This document shows positions 1 through 9,465 of a stretch of DNA of 46,646 nt, piece after piece. The DNA is from Omnitrophica bacterium RIFCSPHIGHO2_02_FULL_46_20. GTDB lineage: Bacteria; Omnitrophota; Gorgyraeia; 2-01-FULL-45-10. The position numbers were made by a program, and so were the translations under genes. The notes under the pieces were generated by a model. It was not told the origin of the DNA. It was given only the letters and a program-made list of their open reading frames with translations, and did not search any database. Positions within the stretch are counted from its first letter, which is position 1. The number at the start of each line of letters is the position of its first letter. The stretch lies in NCBI GenBank assembly GCA_001804065.1, contig MHFG01000082.1, positions 1 to 46,646 on the forward strand, read 5' to 3'.

Positions 1-1
1 A

Positions 2-598
2 TCTACGGAAAAGGACAAAATAGTTTTCTTATTAAACAATAAGTCGCCTTTTGTGCTAAATCTGGCGGGTATTCACAATATTTATAACGCGTTAGCCGCG
101 ATAGCGGTAGCTCGCCATTTCGAACTGGATTACGATTCCATAAAGAAAGGGCTGGCAGAGTGTGTCCCGGCATATATGAGGTTAAACATAAAAAATATAG
201 ACGGAGTTGTTGTTATAGATGACGCGTATAATTCAAATCCTTTGTCAATGCACGCCGCTTTAGAAACGATCAAATCATATCCTGCCAAGTCAAGGTGGAT
301 AGTGAGCGCAGATATGCTTGAGCTTGGCGAGAAAGAAAATTATTTTCATAGGGGAGTCGGGGAGGCGGTGGTTAGAGGAGGGTTCGACGGACTTGTCACA
401 TTCGGCAAGCTTTCGCAGCAGACGTCTTCTGCTGCTTTGAAATCAGGAATGGCGAAAGACAGGATTTGGCATTGTTCGAACCATGAAGAGATAGCGGCCG
501 TATTGCGTAAAGTAGCGAAGGCGGGCGATGTTGTATTAATCAAGGGTTCACGCACAATGAAAATGGAAAAAGTGTTAGAGATCCTAAAAGATAAATAA
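2..598 (+). CDS. murF: UDP-MurNAc-tripeptide--D-Ala-D-Ala ligase MurF, C-terminal part. The gene is cut by the window start: the frame is open from nt 2, and the ORF-track start at 53 is an internal GTG.
   Basis: Mur-ligase C-terminal motifs HNIYNALAAIAVA, DDAYNSNP and LIKGSRTMKME. It sits directly upstream of mraY, as in dcw clusters. Confidence 0.85.
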   Translation, partial: STEKDKIVFLLNNKSPFVLNLAGIHNIYNALAAIAVARHFELDYDSIKKGLAECVPAYMRLNIKNIDGVVVIDDAYNSNPLSMHAALETIKSYPAKSRWIVSADMLELGEKENYFHRGVGEAVVRGGFDGLVTFGKLSQQTSSAALKSGMAKDRIWHCSNHEEIAAVLRKVAKAGDVVLIKGSRTMKMEKVLEILKDK

Positions 599-1686
599 TG
601 CTATACTACTTATTTTATTCACTAAGGGATTACTGGTTCGGGTTTAATGTATTTAAATACATAACTTTTCGGGCTGCCATGGCGAGTCTCACGGCGCTAC
701 TCATATCATTAATATTCGGCCCAGTCGTTATAAGACGGTTGAAGGAGCTAAGTTTCGGACAGCATATAAGGAAAGAATATGTCGAGTTTTTATACGACCT
801 TACCAAGCATAAGCAAGGGACGCCTACGATGGGAGGTGTTTTAATAATAATCGCGATAGCTTTAGCCACTATACTTTGGGCTGATATATTAAATAGATAT
901 ATTTTAATGACTTTGGGCTCATTCCTATTTTTAGGTCTAGTAGGATTCGCCGATGATTATATAAAGGTAGTAAAAAAGAGAAGTATGGGACTAAGACCAA
1001 GCAGGAAATTTTTAAGCCAGGCATTTTTAGCGTTGATCATCGCAACCTTTGTAATACAATTTACGCCTATCCCCACAACCCTAAATGTCCCGTTTATAAA
1101 ATTTTTCTCTTTGGAACTCGGAGCCCTATACCTTGTCTTTGTAGTTATTGTAATAACAGGCGCCAGTAATGCCGTAAACCTCACTGACGGTCTGGACGGC
1201 CTTGCAATAGGATGCACCATAATAGCGGCGCTGGCCTACTCAGTTCTTACATACATAACAGGCAATTTTAAATTCGCTGACTATCTAAATGTTTTTCATC
1301 TGCAGGGCGCAGGTGAGTTATCCGTTTTCTGCGCCGCCATGGTAGGCGCCGGCTTGGGATTTTTGTGGTTCAATTCATATCCCGCGAATGTGTTTATGGG
1401 CGACACGGGTTCCCTGGCTTTGGGTGGGGCGCTCGGAGTCATAGCTGTATTTATTAAGAAGGAACTATTATTATTTCTGGTAGGCGGCATATTTGTCATA
1501 GAAGCCGCGTCAGTTCTCTTACAGGTGTTGTGGCTTAAGACCACGAAGAAGAGGTTATTTTTGATGTCTCCTATACATCACCATTTTCAGCTGCGTGGGT
1601 GGCCTGAATCGAAGATAACCATAAGATTCTGGATAGTTGCGATAGTGCTCGCACTGCTAAGCTTGGCAACATTAAAATTACAATGA
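598..1686 (+). CDS. mraY: Phospho-MurNAc-pentapeptide translocase MraY
   Basis: Polytopic membrane protein with NAVNLTDGLDGLA and FMGDTGSLALGG motifs. TAATG 1-nt overlap with murF. Confidence 0.95.
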   Translation: MLYYLFYSLRDYWFGFNVFKYITFRAAMASLTALLISLIFGPVVIRRLKELSFGQHIRKEYVEFLYDLTKHKQGTPTMGGVLIIIAIALATILWADILNRYILMTLGSFLFLGLVGFADDYIKVVKKRSMGLRPSRKFLSQAFLALIIATFVIQFTPIPTTLNVPFIKFFSLELGALYLVFVVIVITGASNAVNLTDGLDGLAIGCTIIAALAYSVLTYITGNFKFADYLNVFHLQGAGELSVFCAAMVGAGLGFLWFNSYPANVFMGDTGSLALGGALGVIAVFIKKELLLFLVGGIFVIEAASVLLQVLWLKTTKKRLFLMSPIHHHFQLRGWPESKITIRFWIVAIVLALLSLATLKLQ

Positions 1687-1728
1687 AAGATCATTGCCGA
1701 CGGCAATCATAGCCCATTTTGGACACGA

Positions 1729-3072
1729 ATGATGAAAGATAAAAAAGTGGCGGTAATAGGATTAGGCAGCAGCGGGTTGAATGCCGCTCTTCTATTAAAA
1801 GATATTGGCGCGGATGTGAAAATCACAGAAGCCTCCGATAATGAAAACGTTAGAAAAAATGCAATGCTGCTCGAAGAAAGAAAGATACCTTGCCAGATCG
1901 GCGGACATACGAAGGATTTTATAGAAGGGAACGAACTTATTGTTGTAAGCCCCGGAGTCGAAGACTCGTCCCCGTCGATAAAATGGGCGAATGAGTTAGG
2001 CATTCCCATGATAAGCGAGATGGAGCTGGGCTACAGTTTTTGTAAAGGCAGGATCATGGCCATAACGGGAACGAACGGTAAGAGTACCGTAACAACGCTA
2101 ATAGGCCAGATCCTAGAGAAGAGCGGCCTCGATACCGTTGTTTGCGGTAATATCGGCAATTCGCTATGCGGCGAAATAAAGCGCATAAATAAAGATACGT
2201 GGGTTGTTCTCGAGGTAAGCTCATTTCAGCTTGAACGAATTTCGAATTTCAAGCCGCATATTGCGATAATATTGAATATAACGGACGACCACCTCGATAG
2301 ATACAGTAAATTCAGCGACTATTTTAATGAGAAGCTGAAGGTTTTCAAAAATCAGGATGTAAAAGACATCCTTATCTTAAATCGCGACGCAAAGGAATTG
2401 GAAGGCTTGGATAAAAAGGCAAAATCTAAGATCTTGTACTATTCAAGGCTTACAAAAACAAACGGAACGTATTTAAAGGATAACAAAATAATTTGTGCTA
2501 TCGATGGCAGAAATGAAGATATATGCGCGACAGAAGATATAAGGCTTAAGGGCCTTCATAATGCCGAAAATGTTCTCGTTTCAAGTTTAGCGGGTATTAT
2601 AGCAGGCGTGAAAGCCGTATCCATCAAGAATACCATACGTAATTTTAACAGCCTGCGTCATCGTTTCGAGACGGTCGATATAATAGGCGGGGTCGAGTAT
2701 ATAGATGATTCTAAGGGGACAACGGTCGATTCTACTTACAGGGCACTGGAATCATGTGAAAGACCTGTCATATTGATTGCCGGCGGCAAGGACAAGAATA
2801 GCAACTATGGCGTAATCAGAGAGCTTGTCAAAAAGAAAGTCAAATACCTTATATTGATAGGTGAGGCAAGAAAAAGAATCAAAAAAGCGCTAGGCGATGC
2901 TGCCCGGACTCACGAGGCCGGTACCATGCAGGAAGCTGTCGAGCTTGCGAGAAGATTGGCTAAAGAAAATACGCTGGTGCTTCTTTCTCCCATGTGTTCG
3001 AGTTTCGATATGTTTAAGGACTATAAAGAGCGCGGGGAGATATTCAAAAAAGCCGTGCTATCCATAAAATGA
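1729..3072 (+). CDS. murD: UDP-MurNAc-L-Ala--D-Glu ligase MurD
   Basis: N-terminal GLGSSG Rossmann motif, GTNGKSTV P-loop, DDSKGT. Position in the dcw order. Confidence 0.9.
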   Translation: MMKDKKVAVIGLGSSGLNAALLLKDIGADVKITEASDNENVRKNAMLLEERKIPCQIGGHTKDFIEGNELIVVSPGVEDSSPSIKWANELGIPMISEMELGYSFCKGRIMAITGTNGKSTVTTLIGQILEKSGLDTVVCGNIGNSLCGEIKRINKDTWVVLEVSSFQLERISNFKPHIAIILNITDDHLDRYSKFSDYFNEKLKVFKNQDVKDILILNRDAKELEGLDKKAKSKILYYSRLTKTNGTYLKDNKIICAIDGRNEDICATEDIRLKGLHNAENVLVSSLAGIIAGVKAVSIKNTIRNFNSLRHRFETVDIIGGVEYIDDSKGTTVDSTYRALESCERPVILIAGGKDKNSNYGVIRELVKKKVKYLILIGEARKRIKKALGDAARTHEAGTMQEAVELARRLAKENTLVLLSPMCSSFDMFKDYKERGEIFKKAVLSIK

Positions 3073-4163
3073 GAAACGCAAGATCGTCCATTTTTATTAT
3101 TGTGGCGGCGCTCGCCGCGATAGGAGTAGTCATGATATATTCAACGAGCGCCATATATGCCCACGAGAGGATGGGCGACAGCCTCTATTTTTTAAAGAGA
3201 CATCTCATATATCTAGGCGTCGGGATCTTTATGATGATATGCGCCATGGCGGTAAACATCCAGACATTGAAACGTATTTCAAAGCCCATAATGGGATTTT
3301 CGGCGCTGCTACTCGTGCTGGTTTTGATACCGCATATCGGGAGGGAGGCGGCAGGCGCAAGACGTTGGTTCAGGATAGGTCCGTTAAATTTTCAGCCGTC
3401 CGAATTTGCCAAGATAGCCATCATAGTGTATTTTGCCGATCTTTTAGCGAGAAAAGAGAAGCTTATAAAGAGTTTTATATATGGCTACTTACCGCCCATC
3501 TTAGTCTTAGGATTAGTTTTGGGGCTCGTGCTTTTAGAGCCGGACCTCGGAACAGCTATGGTTATTTTGATAATAAGCGCTCTTATGCTGTTCGTGAGCG
3601 GAGTAAATATGGCATATATATCCGCTTCTTTTTTGGCCAGCATACCCGCGCTTTATGTCCTTCTATTCAGAATTCCATATAGAAGAAAGCGCATGATGAT
3701 ATTCTTAAATCCATGGTCCGACAAGCGTGGGGCGGGTTTTCAGATAATACAGTCTTTTATCGCGATAGGTTCCGGAGGGTTGTTAGGTGTAGGGTTAGGG
3801 CAGTCAAGGCAGAAACTTTTTTATCTGCCCGCATCGCACACAGATTTCATATTTTCGATAATAGGCGAAGAACTGGGATTTTTGGGCGCTGCAACTGTTG
3901 TGATATTATTTATACTTTTTGTATGGGAGGGGATGAAGATAACGTTCAGAGCAGAGGCTAAGTTCGAGAAGCTCTTGAGCATGGCATTGGTTTCATTAAT
4001 AGCTCTTGAAGCGGTGATAAATATAGGTGTAGCGACCGGCGTTTTGCCGACCAAGGGGCTGCCCCTTCCTTTCATAAGTTATGGCGGGACGTCGTTGATA
4101 TTCCATTTAACAGCTGTCGGATTATTGTTGAATATTGCGAAGGCAAACGAGGTGTATAGGTGA
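3069..4163 (+). CDS. ftsW: SEDS-family peptidoglycan polymerase FtsW
   Basis: Multi-TM FtsW/RodA/SpoVE-like sequence (PSEFAKIA, TKGLPLPFISYGGTS). ATGA overlap with murD. Lies between murD and murG. Confidence 0.85.
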   Translation: MRNARSSIFIIVAALAAIGVVMIYSTSAIYAHERMGDSLYFLKRHLIYLGVGIFMMICAMAVNIQTLKRISKPIMGFSALLLVLVLIPHIGREAAGARRWFRIGPLNFQPSEFAKIAIIVYFADLLARKEKLIKSFIYGYLPPILVLGLVLGLVLLEPDLGTAMVILIISALMLFVSGVNMAYISASFLASIPALYVLLFRIPYRRKRMMIFLNPWSDKRGAGFQIIQSFIAIGSGGLLGVGLGQSRQKLFYLPASHTDFIFSIIGEELGFLGAATVVILFILFVWEGMKITFRAEAKFEKLLSMALVSLIALEAVINIGVATGVLPTKGLPLPFISYGGTSLIFHLTAVGLLLNIAKANEVYR

Positions 4164-4216
4164 GTCCCGCACCTTTTTAAAAGCGCGGGAAATCGGTAAA
4201 GGAGAAGCCGCTAAAG

Positions 4217-5326
4217 ATGAGGATCGTGATAGCGTGCGGCGGTTCGGGCGGGCACATATTTCCCGCTGTGGCGCTTGCGCAAGGAATTAAGACGAAGGAT
4301 AAAAACATCGACATAATATTTGTCGGGAGCGATAAGGCGCTTGACAGGAGAATATTCGAAAAAGAAGGTTTCCGATATTCGATGCTATCGGCGAACAAGT
4401 TACCGTATAATCCGTCATTAGGTACATTTGTATTTTTTATAAAATTATCCCTCGATCTTTTAAAGTCGCTCTGTATATTAATAAAATCCAGGCCCAATGT
4501 AGTTGTAGGATTCGGCGGTTACGTAGCGGCTCCCGTAATACTAGCCGCCTGTATATTATGTATCCCGAGGGTAATTCATGAGCAGAACGTTGTACCTGGA
4601 AGGGCTAATGCGAAGTTATTCACCCTTGCCGACAGAATAGCGATAAGTTTTGAGGATACGAAGAGGTACCTCGGTCGCTATGCTTATAAAGCGGTTTTCA
4701 CGGGAAACCCTATAAGGGCCGCGCTGCTAAAAGACGACAGAACGGGCAATATGAAAAAATTGGGCCTCGATGCCGATAAATTCACCATACTTGTCATAGG
4801 AGGGAGTCAGGGGGCCCACAATCTGAATAAAGCGTTTCTGCAAGCGTTATCACAGCTCGACGCTAATACGCGGTCAAGATTACAGGTCATACATATTACA
4901 GGGACAACGGATTATGTATGGGCAAGCGCGGCATATGAAGAATTGGCGCTGGAGTGCCGCGTTTATTCGTTTGTGGATAGGATAGAAGAAGTGTATAGCG
5001 TGGCAGATCTTGTGGTGACGAGGTCTGGCGCATCAGCGATATTTGAAATAGCATACTTCGGGAAACCGATGGTCTTGATACCATATCCTTTTGCCATGAG
5101 CCACCAGGTTGAGAATGCGCGCATCTTCTCCGAAAAAGGCGCGGCAATACAAATAGATGAAAACGACATGTCGCCTGATTTGATAAGAAACTCTCTTATG
5201 GATCTATTAAAAGATAGAAAAAGGTTGAACGAAATGGCAGAATCGGCAAAACGCCTTAGCGTGCCGGATTCATCATATACTTTAGCGGAAGAAATCTTGC
5301 GCCTTGGCAGGGGGCGGCGCGCATGA
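4217..5326 (+). CDS. murG: UDP-GlcNAc:lipid I GlcNAc transferase MurG (GT28)
   Basis: N-terminal G-loop CGGSGGHIFPAVALA. dcw position. Confidence 0.9.
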   Translation: MRIVIACGGSGGHIFPAVALAQGIKTKDKNIDIIFVGSDKALDRRIFEKEGFRYSMLSANKLPYNPSLGTFVFFIKLSLDLLKSLCILIKSRPNVVVGFGGYVAAPVILAACILCIPRVIHEQNVVPGRANAKLFTLADRIAISFEDTKRYLGRYAYKAVFTGNPIRAALLKDDRTGNMKKLGLDADKFTILVIGGSQGAHNLNKAFLQALSQLDANTRSRLQVIHITGTTDYVWASAAYEELALECRVYSFVDRIEEVYSVADLVVTRSGASAIFEIAYFGKPMVLIPYPFAMSHQVENARIFSEKGAAIQIDENDMSPDLIRNSLMDLLKDRKRLNEMAESAKRLSVPDSSYTLAEEILRLGRGRRA

Positions 5327-6696
5327 TACTTGAGAAGAAGAATATACACTTTGTTGGTGTTGGCGGCATAGGGATGAGCGGCCTTGCCTTCATATTATTG
5401 AAGATGGGTTATAATGTTTCCGGATCAGACCTTAAATCGAATAATCTCACTGAAAAGTTGGAAAAAATAGGAGGCAAGATATCCGTAGGGCATAATACCC
5501 GCCACCTACCGCCCGAAGCAGAGGTTCTGGTATATTCATCGTCCATAAATAACGCAAACCCGGAAATCATTGAGGCGCGCAAACGAAATATCACAATAGT
5601 CAAAAGGGCCCAAGTTTTGGGCGAGATATTGAATAAGAAAAAGGGGATAGCTGTAACCGGGACACATGGCAAAACCACCACTACTTCGCTCATCTCTGTT
5701 ATGCTTGAGGATTGTTTTCTTGATCCAACGGTGATAATAGGGGGCGAGGTAGATCTGTTCGGCGGTAACGCAAAGTCAGGTTCTGGTGAATACGTGGTAG
5801 CCGAGGCGGATGAGAGCGACGGCTCTTTTCTCTATTTAAAACCTCTCTACTCTGTCATAATGAATATCGAGATAGAGCATGTGGATTATTATAAAACTCT
5901 CGATGACGCCATAGATTCATATTCGGCCTTCGCGAATAACTTAAAGAAAACGGGAACACTATTTTATAATTGCGAGGACGAAAACATAAAAAAAATGCTC
6001 ATCCGTTTTAACGGTAAGGGAGAAAGTTTCGGTTTTTCTAGACAGGCAGATATATGCCCTTATGACATCAAGCTGAACGGATTCCGTTCGTCATTCCAGT
6101 GCGTCTACAAAAACGAGATTATTGGAAGAGTATTTCTTAAGGTTCCGGGAAGGTATAATATCCTGAACAGCCTCGCGGCAATTCTCGTCGGATTTAAAAT
6201 AGGGCTTACATTTGAAAATATAACGCGTTCAATAGCGGATTTCAGCGGTACGAAGCGGCGTTTCCATCTAATGGCGGATGTCGACGGAGTCATGCTTATT
6301 GATGACTATGCCCACCACCCGACGGAGATACGCGCTGTTCTTGATGCCTGCCGCAACTGGAAGAACCGGAGGCTGATAGTGGTATTCCAGCCGCACAGGT
6401 ATACGCGGATGAAATTTATGGCAGATGAATTCGGCGGATGCTTTAAGGGCGCGGATAAACTCATATTAACAGACATATACGCGGCGGGCGAGGATCCGAT
6501 AGAGGGAGTCTCTGTAAAAAATATTTATGACAAAGTCAAAAAACACGGTATTAATGACGTTACGATGATGAATAAAGAAGGTGTCGCCGAATATGTAATG
6601 GCATTAAAGAAGCGCGGTGACATGATATTGGTGCTGGGCGCAGGCGACATAAAAGAGGTCACAAATGAATTATCCGAAAGGCTTAATAAAAGGTAA
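5323..6696 (+). CDS. murC: UDP-MurNAc--L-alanine ligase MurC
   Basis: GVGGIGMSGLA, GTHGKTTTTS P-loop, DDYAHHPTE. ATGA overlap with murG. Confidence 0.9.
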   Translation: MILEKKNIHFVGVGGIGMSGLAFILLKMGYNVSGSDLKSNNLTEKLEKIGGKISVGHNTRHLPPEAEVLVYSSSINNANPEIIEARKRNITIVKRAQVLGEILNKKKGIAVTGTHGKTTTTSLISVMLEDCFLDPTVIIGGEVDLFGGNAKSGSGEYVVAEADESDGSFLYLKPLYSVIMNIEIEHVDYYKTLDDAIDSYSAFANNLKKTGTLFYNCEDENIKKMLIRFNGKGESFGFSRQADICPYDIKLNGFRSSFQCVYKNEIIGRVFLKVPGRYNILNSLAAILVGFKIGLTFENITRSIADFSGTKRRFHLMADVDGVMLIDDYAHHPTEIRAVLDACRNWKNRRLIVVFQPHRYTRMKFMADEFGGCFKGADKLILTDIYAAGEDPIEGVSVKNIYDKVKKHGINDVTMMNKEGVAEYVMALKKRGDMILVLGAGDIKEVTNELSERLNKR

Positions 6697-7564
6697 TGTG
6701 AAAGCGGGAGAACCCCTTGAGCGCCACACATCTTTTAAGATAGGGGGGCCAGCAGCGCTCTGGGCGGAGCCGAAAGATATAGCAGAACTTAAAAAGATAA
6801 TTAAATTTTCCCGAAAAAACAGAATTCGGACTTTTATTGTAGGCGGAGGAACCAACATTCTAGCAAGCGACAGGGGCTTTAAAGGCATAGTGCTCCATCT
6901 CGGTTCGCCATTCTTTAAAAACATAACGATGCGCGGTACCACGGTAATGGTAGGCGCAGGATACAGCGTTCCGGCGTTAGTGAGATTATGTTGTGATAAG
7001 GGCTTGAGCGGATTAGAGTCGCTTATCGGTATCCCCGGCACTGTAGGGGGGGCTGTATATATGAATGCCGGTGGCTGGTACAGCCCGTTATACAAAAATA
7101 TCGGAGATTATATTATATCGTTAAAGGTTATGGACTACGAAGGTAATATAAAGATATTAAAGAGAGGCGATATTAAACTCGGGTATCGCCGCTCTAATCT
7201 TTCTCCCTATATAATATTAGCGGCAGCGCTCGGGCTCGGCAGGGAAGACAGTTCAGCCTTGACTTCCAGGTGCTCAAAATTTTTAAAGATGAAAAGGGAG
7301 AAACAGGTGCTCGACATGCCTAGCGCCGGTTGCGTATTCAAGAATCCGGATAATTCTCAGTTTACTACGGGACAGATGATAGATATGCTGGGTTTAAAAG
7401 GGGCGAGGATGGGTGGAGCAGAAATTTCGCGTAGGCACGCAAATTTTATAATAAATAAAAAAGGAGCGAGCTGTAATGACGTTTTAAAACTCATCGGCCT
7501 TATAAGTAAAAAGGTAATGAAGAATTACAAGATTCCTCTGGAGTTGGAGATCAAGATTATATGA
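6665..7564 (+). CDS. murB: UDP-N-acetylenolpyruvoylglucosamine reductase MurB. An alternative in-frame GTG start at 6698 lies just after the murC stop.
   Basis: FAD-binding domain motifs TSFKIGGPA and GGGTNIL. dcw position. Confidence 0.9.
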   Translation: MNYPKGLIKGNVKAGEPLERHTSFKIGGPAALWAEPKDIAELKKIIKFSRKNRIRTFIVGGGTNILASDRGFKGIVLHLGSPFFKNITMRGTTVMVGAGYSVPALVRLCCDKGLSGLESLIGIPGTVGGAVYMNAGGWYSPLYKNIGDYIISLKVMDYEGNIKILKRGDIKLGYRRSNLSPYIILAAALGLGREDSSALTSRCSKFLKMKREKQVLDMPSAGCVFKNPDNSQFTTGQMIDMLGLKGARMGGAEISRRHANFIINKKGASCNDVLKLIGLISKKVMKNYKIPLELEIKII

Positions 7565-8613
7565 TAGGGAAAGAGAGGAAGGGGCCAAGTCCGCCTGCCC
7601 TGCGCCATATCGGCGCAGGGCCTGACGGCTCGCCTCTCGGCGTCCGCCTCGGCGAGCCAAAGGTGAGACGGGAAGCCGAGGGCAGGCATGGGTCAAGATT
7701 CGGCAAGATAGGCGTGTTAGCGGGTGGGCCGTCGAATGAGCGCGGTATAAGCCTGCGTTCGGGCGCTGCCGTTTATAATGCCCTATTAAGCGAAGGGCTT
7801 GACGCGATATTCCTTCGCGTGAAAAACGATATCCGCAACGTCATCGCGGCAAATAAAATAGATGTCGCATTCATAGCTCTCCATGGAAGATACGGCGAGG
7901 ATGGAACGGTTCAGCAAGCTCTTGAAGACGCTGATATTCCGTATACTGGTTCTGGCGTAGAAGCATCGCGGCTCGCGTTCGATAAGGTCGCTTCCAAAGA
8001 GGCTTTTATAAAAAATAAGATCCCTGTTCCGAAATATATTGTGTTTGAGAAAGAAAAGTTTGACGTAAACGAAGCGGATAAAATAGGTTTCCCGCTTGTT
8101 GTCAAACCTCAATCGGAAGGCTCAAGCATAGGGCTTTCTATAGTTAAAGAAAAAAAATTTTTACGAACGGCAATAGATAAAACCTTTCAATACGGCGAAA
8201 GAAGCGTGCTGGAGGAATATGTTGCAGGAAGAGAGCTTACCGTGGGCATCCTGGACGATAAGTCTCTGCCGGTCATAGAGATAGTTACGAAAAATAATGT
8301 CTATGATTATGAGGCTAAATATGAAGATTCGACTACGCGGTATCTGGTGCCTGCCCCGATAGATAAAGAAGCGTATAAAGAAGCTGGGCGCTTGGGGAGC
8401 CTATCTCATAGCGCTTTGGGCTGCAGATCGTTTTCAAGAGTCGACATGATCATGGATAATTATGGAAAAATATTCGTATTAGAGGTTAATACGATACCGG
8501 GGATGACAGGGCGCAGCCTGCTGCCGAAAGCGGCGGCTGCTATTGGTTTGTGTTTCAGAGAGCTTTGTGTTAAAATCCTTGAGCACTCTTTATTAAAGGC
8601 GGGAAAACTATAA
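7561..8613 (+). CDS. ddl: D-alanine--D-alanine ligase. It has an about 48-aa Gly/Pro/Arg-rich N-terminal extension encoded by an inserted GC-rich element. An in-frame GTG at 7663 is an alternative start.
   Basis: ATP-grasp Ddl motifs IGVLAGGPSNERGISLRSG, HGRYGEDG and EVNTIPGMT. The ATG at 7561 overlaps the murB stop (ATGA). Confidence 0.85.
   Translation: MIGKERKGPSPPALRHIGAGPDGSPLGVRLGEPKVRREAEGRHGSRFGKIGVLAGGPSNERGISLRSGAAVYNALLSEGLDAIFLRVKNDIRNVIAANKIDVAFIALHGRYGEDGTVQQALEDADIPYTGSGVEASRLAFDKVASKEAFIKNKIPVPKYIVFEKEKFDVNEADKIGFPLVVKPQSEGSSIGLSIVKEKKFLRTAIDKTFQYGERSVLEEYVAGRELTVGILDDKSLPVIEIVTKNNVYDYEAKYEDSTTRYLVPAPIDKEAYKEAGRLGSLSHSALGCRSFSRVDMIMDNYGKIFVLEVNTIPGMTGRSLLPKAAAAIGLCFRELCVKILEHSLLKAGKL
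7569..7712 (+). mobile_element. Candidate MITE/RPE-like insertion: 144 bp, GC-rich, multi-hairpin, in-frame and stop-free inside the 5' end of ddl
   Basis: Direct repeat GATAGG at 7563-7568 and 7707-7712, exactly 144 nt (48 codons) apart. Deleting one repeat plus the intervening DNA gives ATGATAGGCGTGTTAGCGGGT = MIGVLAGG, a canonical Ddl N-terminus. Hairpins: 7597-7606/7612-7621 (10 bp perfect), GGCTCGCC/GGCGAGCC, and GCCTGCCCT/AGGGCAGGC. Confidence 0.45.
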
Positions 8614-9410
8614 TGACAAGGCATAAAAAATTTAAAAAGATGCAGCTGCCGAAAGCGTTTACGGGCGCCAAAGAATTTATCCTGCAAAGGGTAGCCGGTA
8701 TGATAGTTTTGGTAGTATTCATAATCTTTTCATGGGTCCTTATAACGGCGTTCCTCGAGAGGTCCGATTATTTCATGTTAAGATCCGTGGAGGCAAGAGG
8801 CGCTCCCGAGATAAGCCTGATATCTATAAGAAGCGATCTCTTAAGGCATTATAAGGGTAATAATATATTTAAGATAAATCTTACGGCAATCGCTAAGTCC
8901 CTGGAACTGCGGCACCCGGATGCTAAGGATATTATCGTAAATAGAGCGCTTCCGGACAAACTATTAGTTGAATTAAATTTTCGCAGTCCTGTCGCAATTT
9001 TGAGTAATGGTCTTTCATTTCCGATAGATAGAGAAGGCGTCATACTTGTCAGCAGGGATCCTGCGCGGCTGGGCGGCCTTCCCGTAATAAAGGGAGTAAA
9101 CCCGAAATATGCGGGTAAATTACACAAGAAAAACGAATCAAAAAATTTAGAAGCGGCGTTGAAGCTTCTCGATGAAATTAAAAAGGCCAGATTTCTTGAT
9201 AAGTACGGCGTGCGCACACTTGACGCAAGCGACATTAAAAGCCTGTCATTCGATCTAGGCGAAGACGGGCCTATGATCATAATAGGTTACGAGAATCTAA
9301 AAGAGCGGCTCTCGGTTTTAAGAGACACGCTAAGGGATCCGCGCCTCGTTCTTGATAAAATAAACTATATTGATATAAGATTTAAAGACGCGGCTATAAG
9401 CCCAAAATGA
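8613..9410 (+). CDS. ftsQ: Cell division protein FtsQ (single N-terminal TM plus a POTRA-like periplasmic part)
   Basis: Hydrophobic segment VAGMIVLVVFIIFSWVLITAFL followed by a roughly 200-aa domain. Conserved position between ddl and ftsA. The sequence itself is weakly diagnostic. Confidence 0.7.
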   Translation: MTRHKKFKKMQLPKAFTGAKEFILQRVAGMIVLVVFIIFSWVLITAFLERSDYFMLRSVEARGAPEISLISIRSDLLRHYKGNNIFKINLTAIAKSLELRHPDAKDIIVNRALPDKLLVELNFRSPVAILSNGLSFPIDREGVILVSRDPARLGGLPVIKGVNPKYAGKLHKKNESKNLEAALKLLDEIKKARFLDKYGVRTLDASDIKSLSFDLGEDGPMIIIGYENLKERLSVLRDTLRDPRLVLDKINYIDIRFKDAAISPK

Positions 9411-9465
9411 AACCCCGTATTGTATTCGGGAGAGGTTCCATGTGCAATTGCATAAGGGTTGGCGC
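9407..9465 (+). repeat. 59-nt start-codon-abutting element, unit 1 of a tandem pair
   Basis: ATGAAACCCCGTATTGTATTCGGGAGAGGTTCCATGTGCAATTGCATAAGGGTTGGCGC. Its ATG overlaps the ftsQ TGA. The 20-codon ORF ends in a TGA that overlaps the next unit's ATG. Confidence 0.85.

Noticed and set aside
3239-3961. Two alternative-frame + strand ORFs (147 aa and 82 aa) inside ftsW
   Set aside because: They are out of frame with the clear SEDS-family reading frame, and their products are Arg-rich nonsense typical of off-frame translation.
4165-4190. Hairpin TCCCGC-N14-GCGGGA between ftsW and murG as a terminator
   Set aside because: The stem is short, the loop is large and no T-tract follows. dcw genes are normally co-transcribed.
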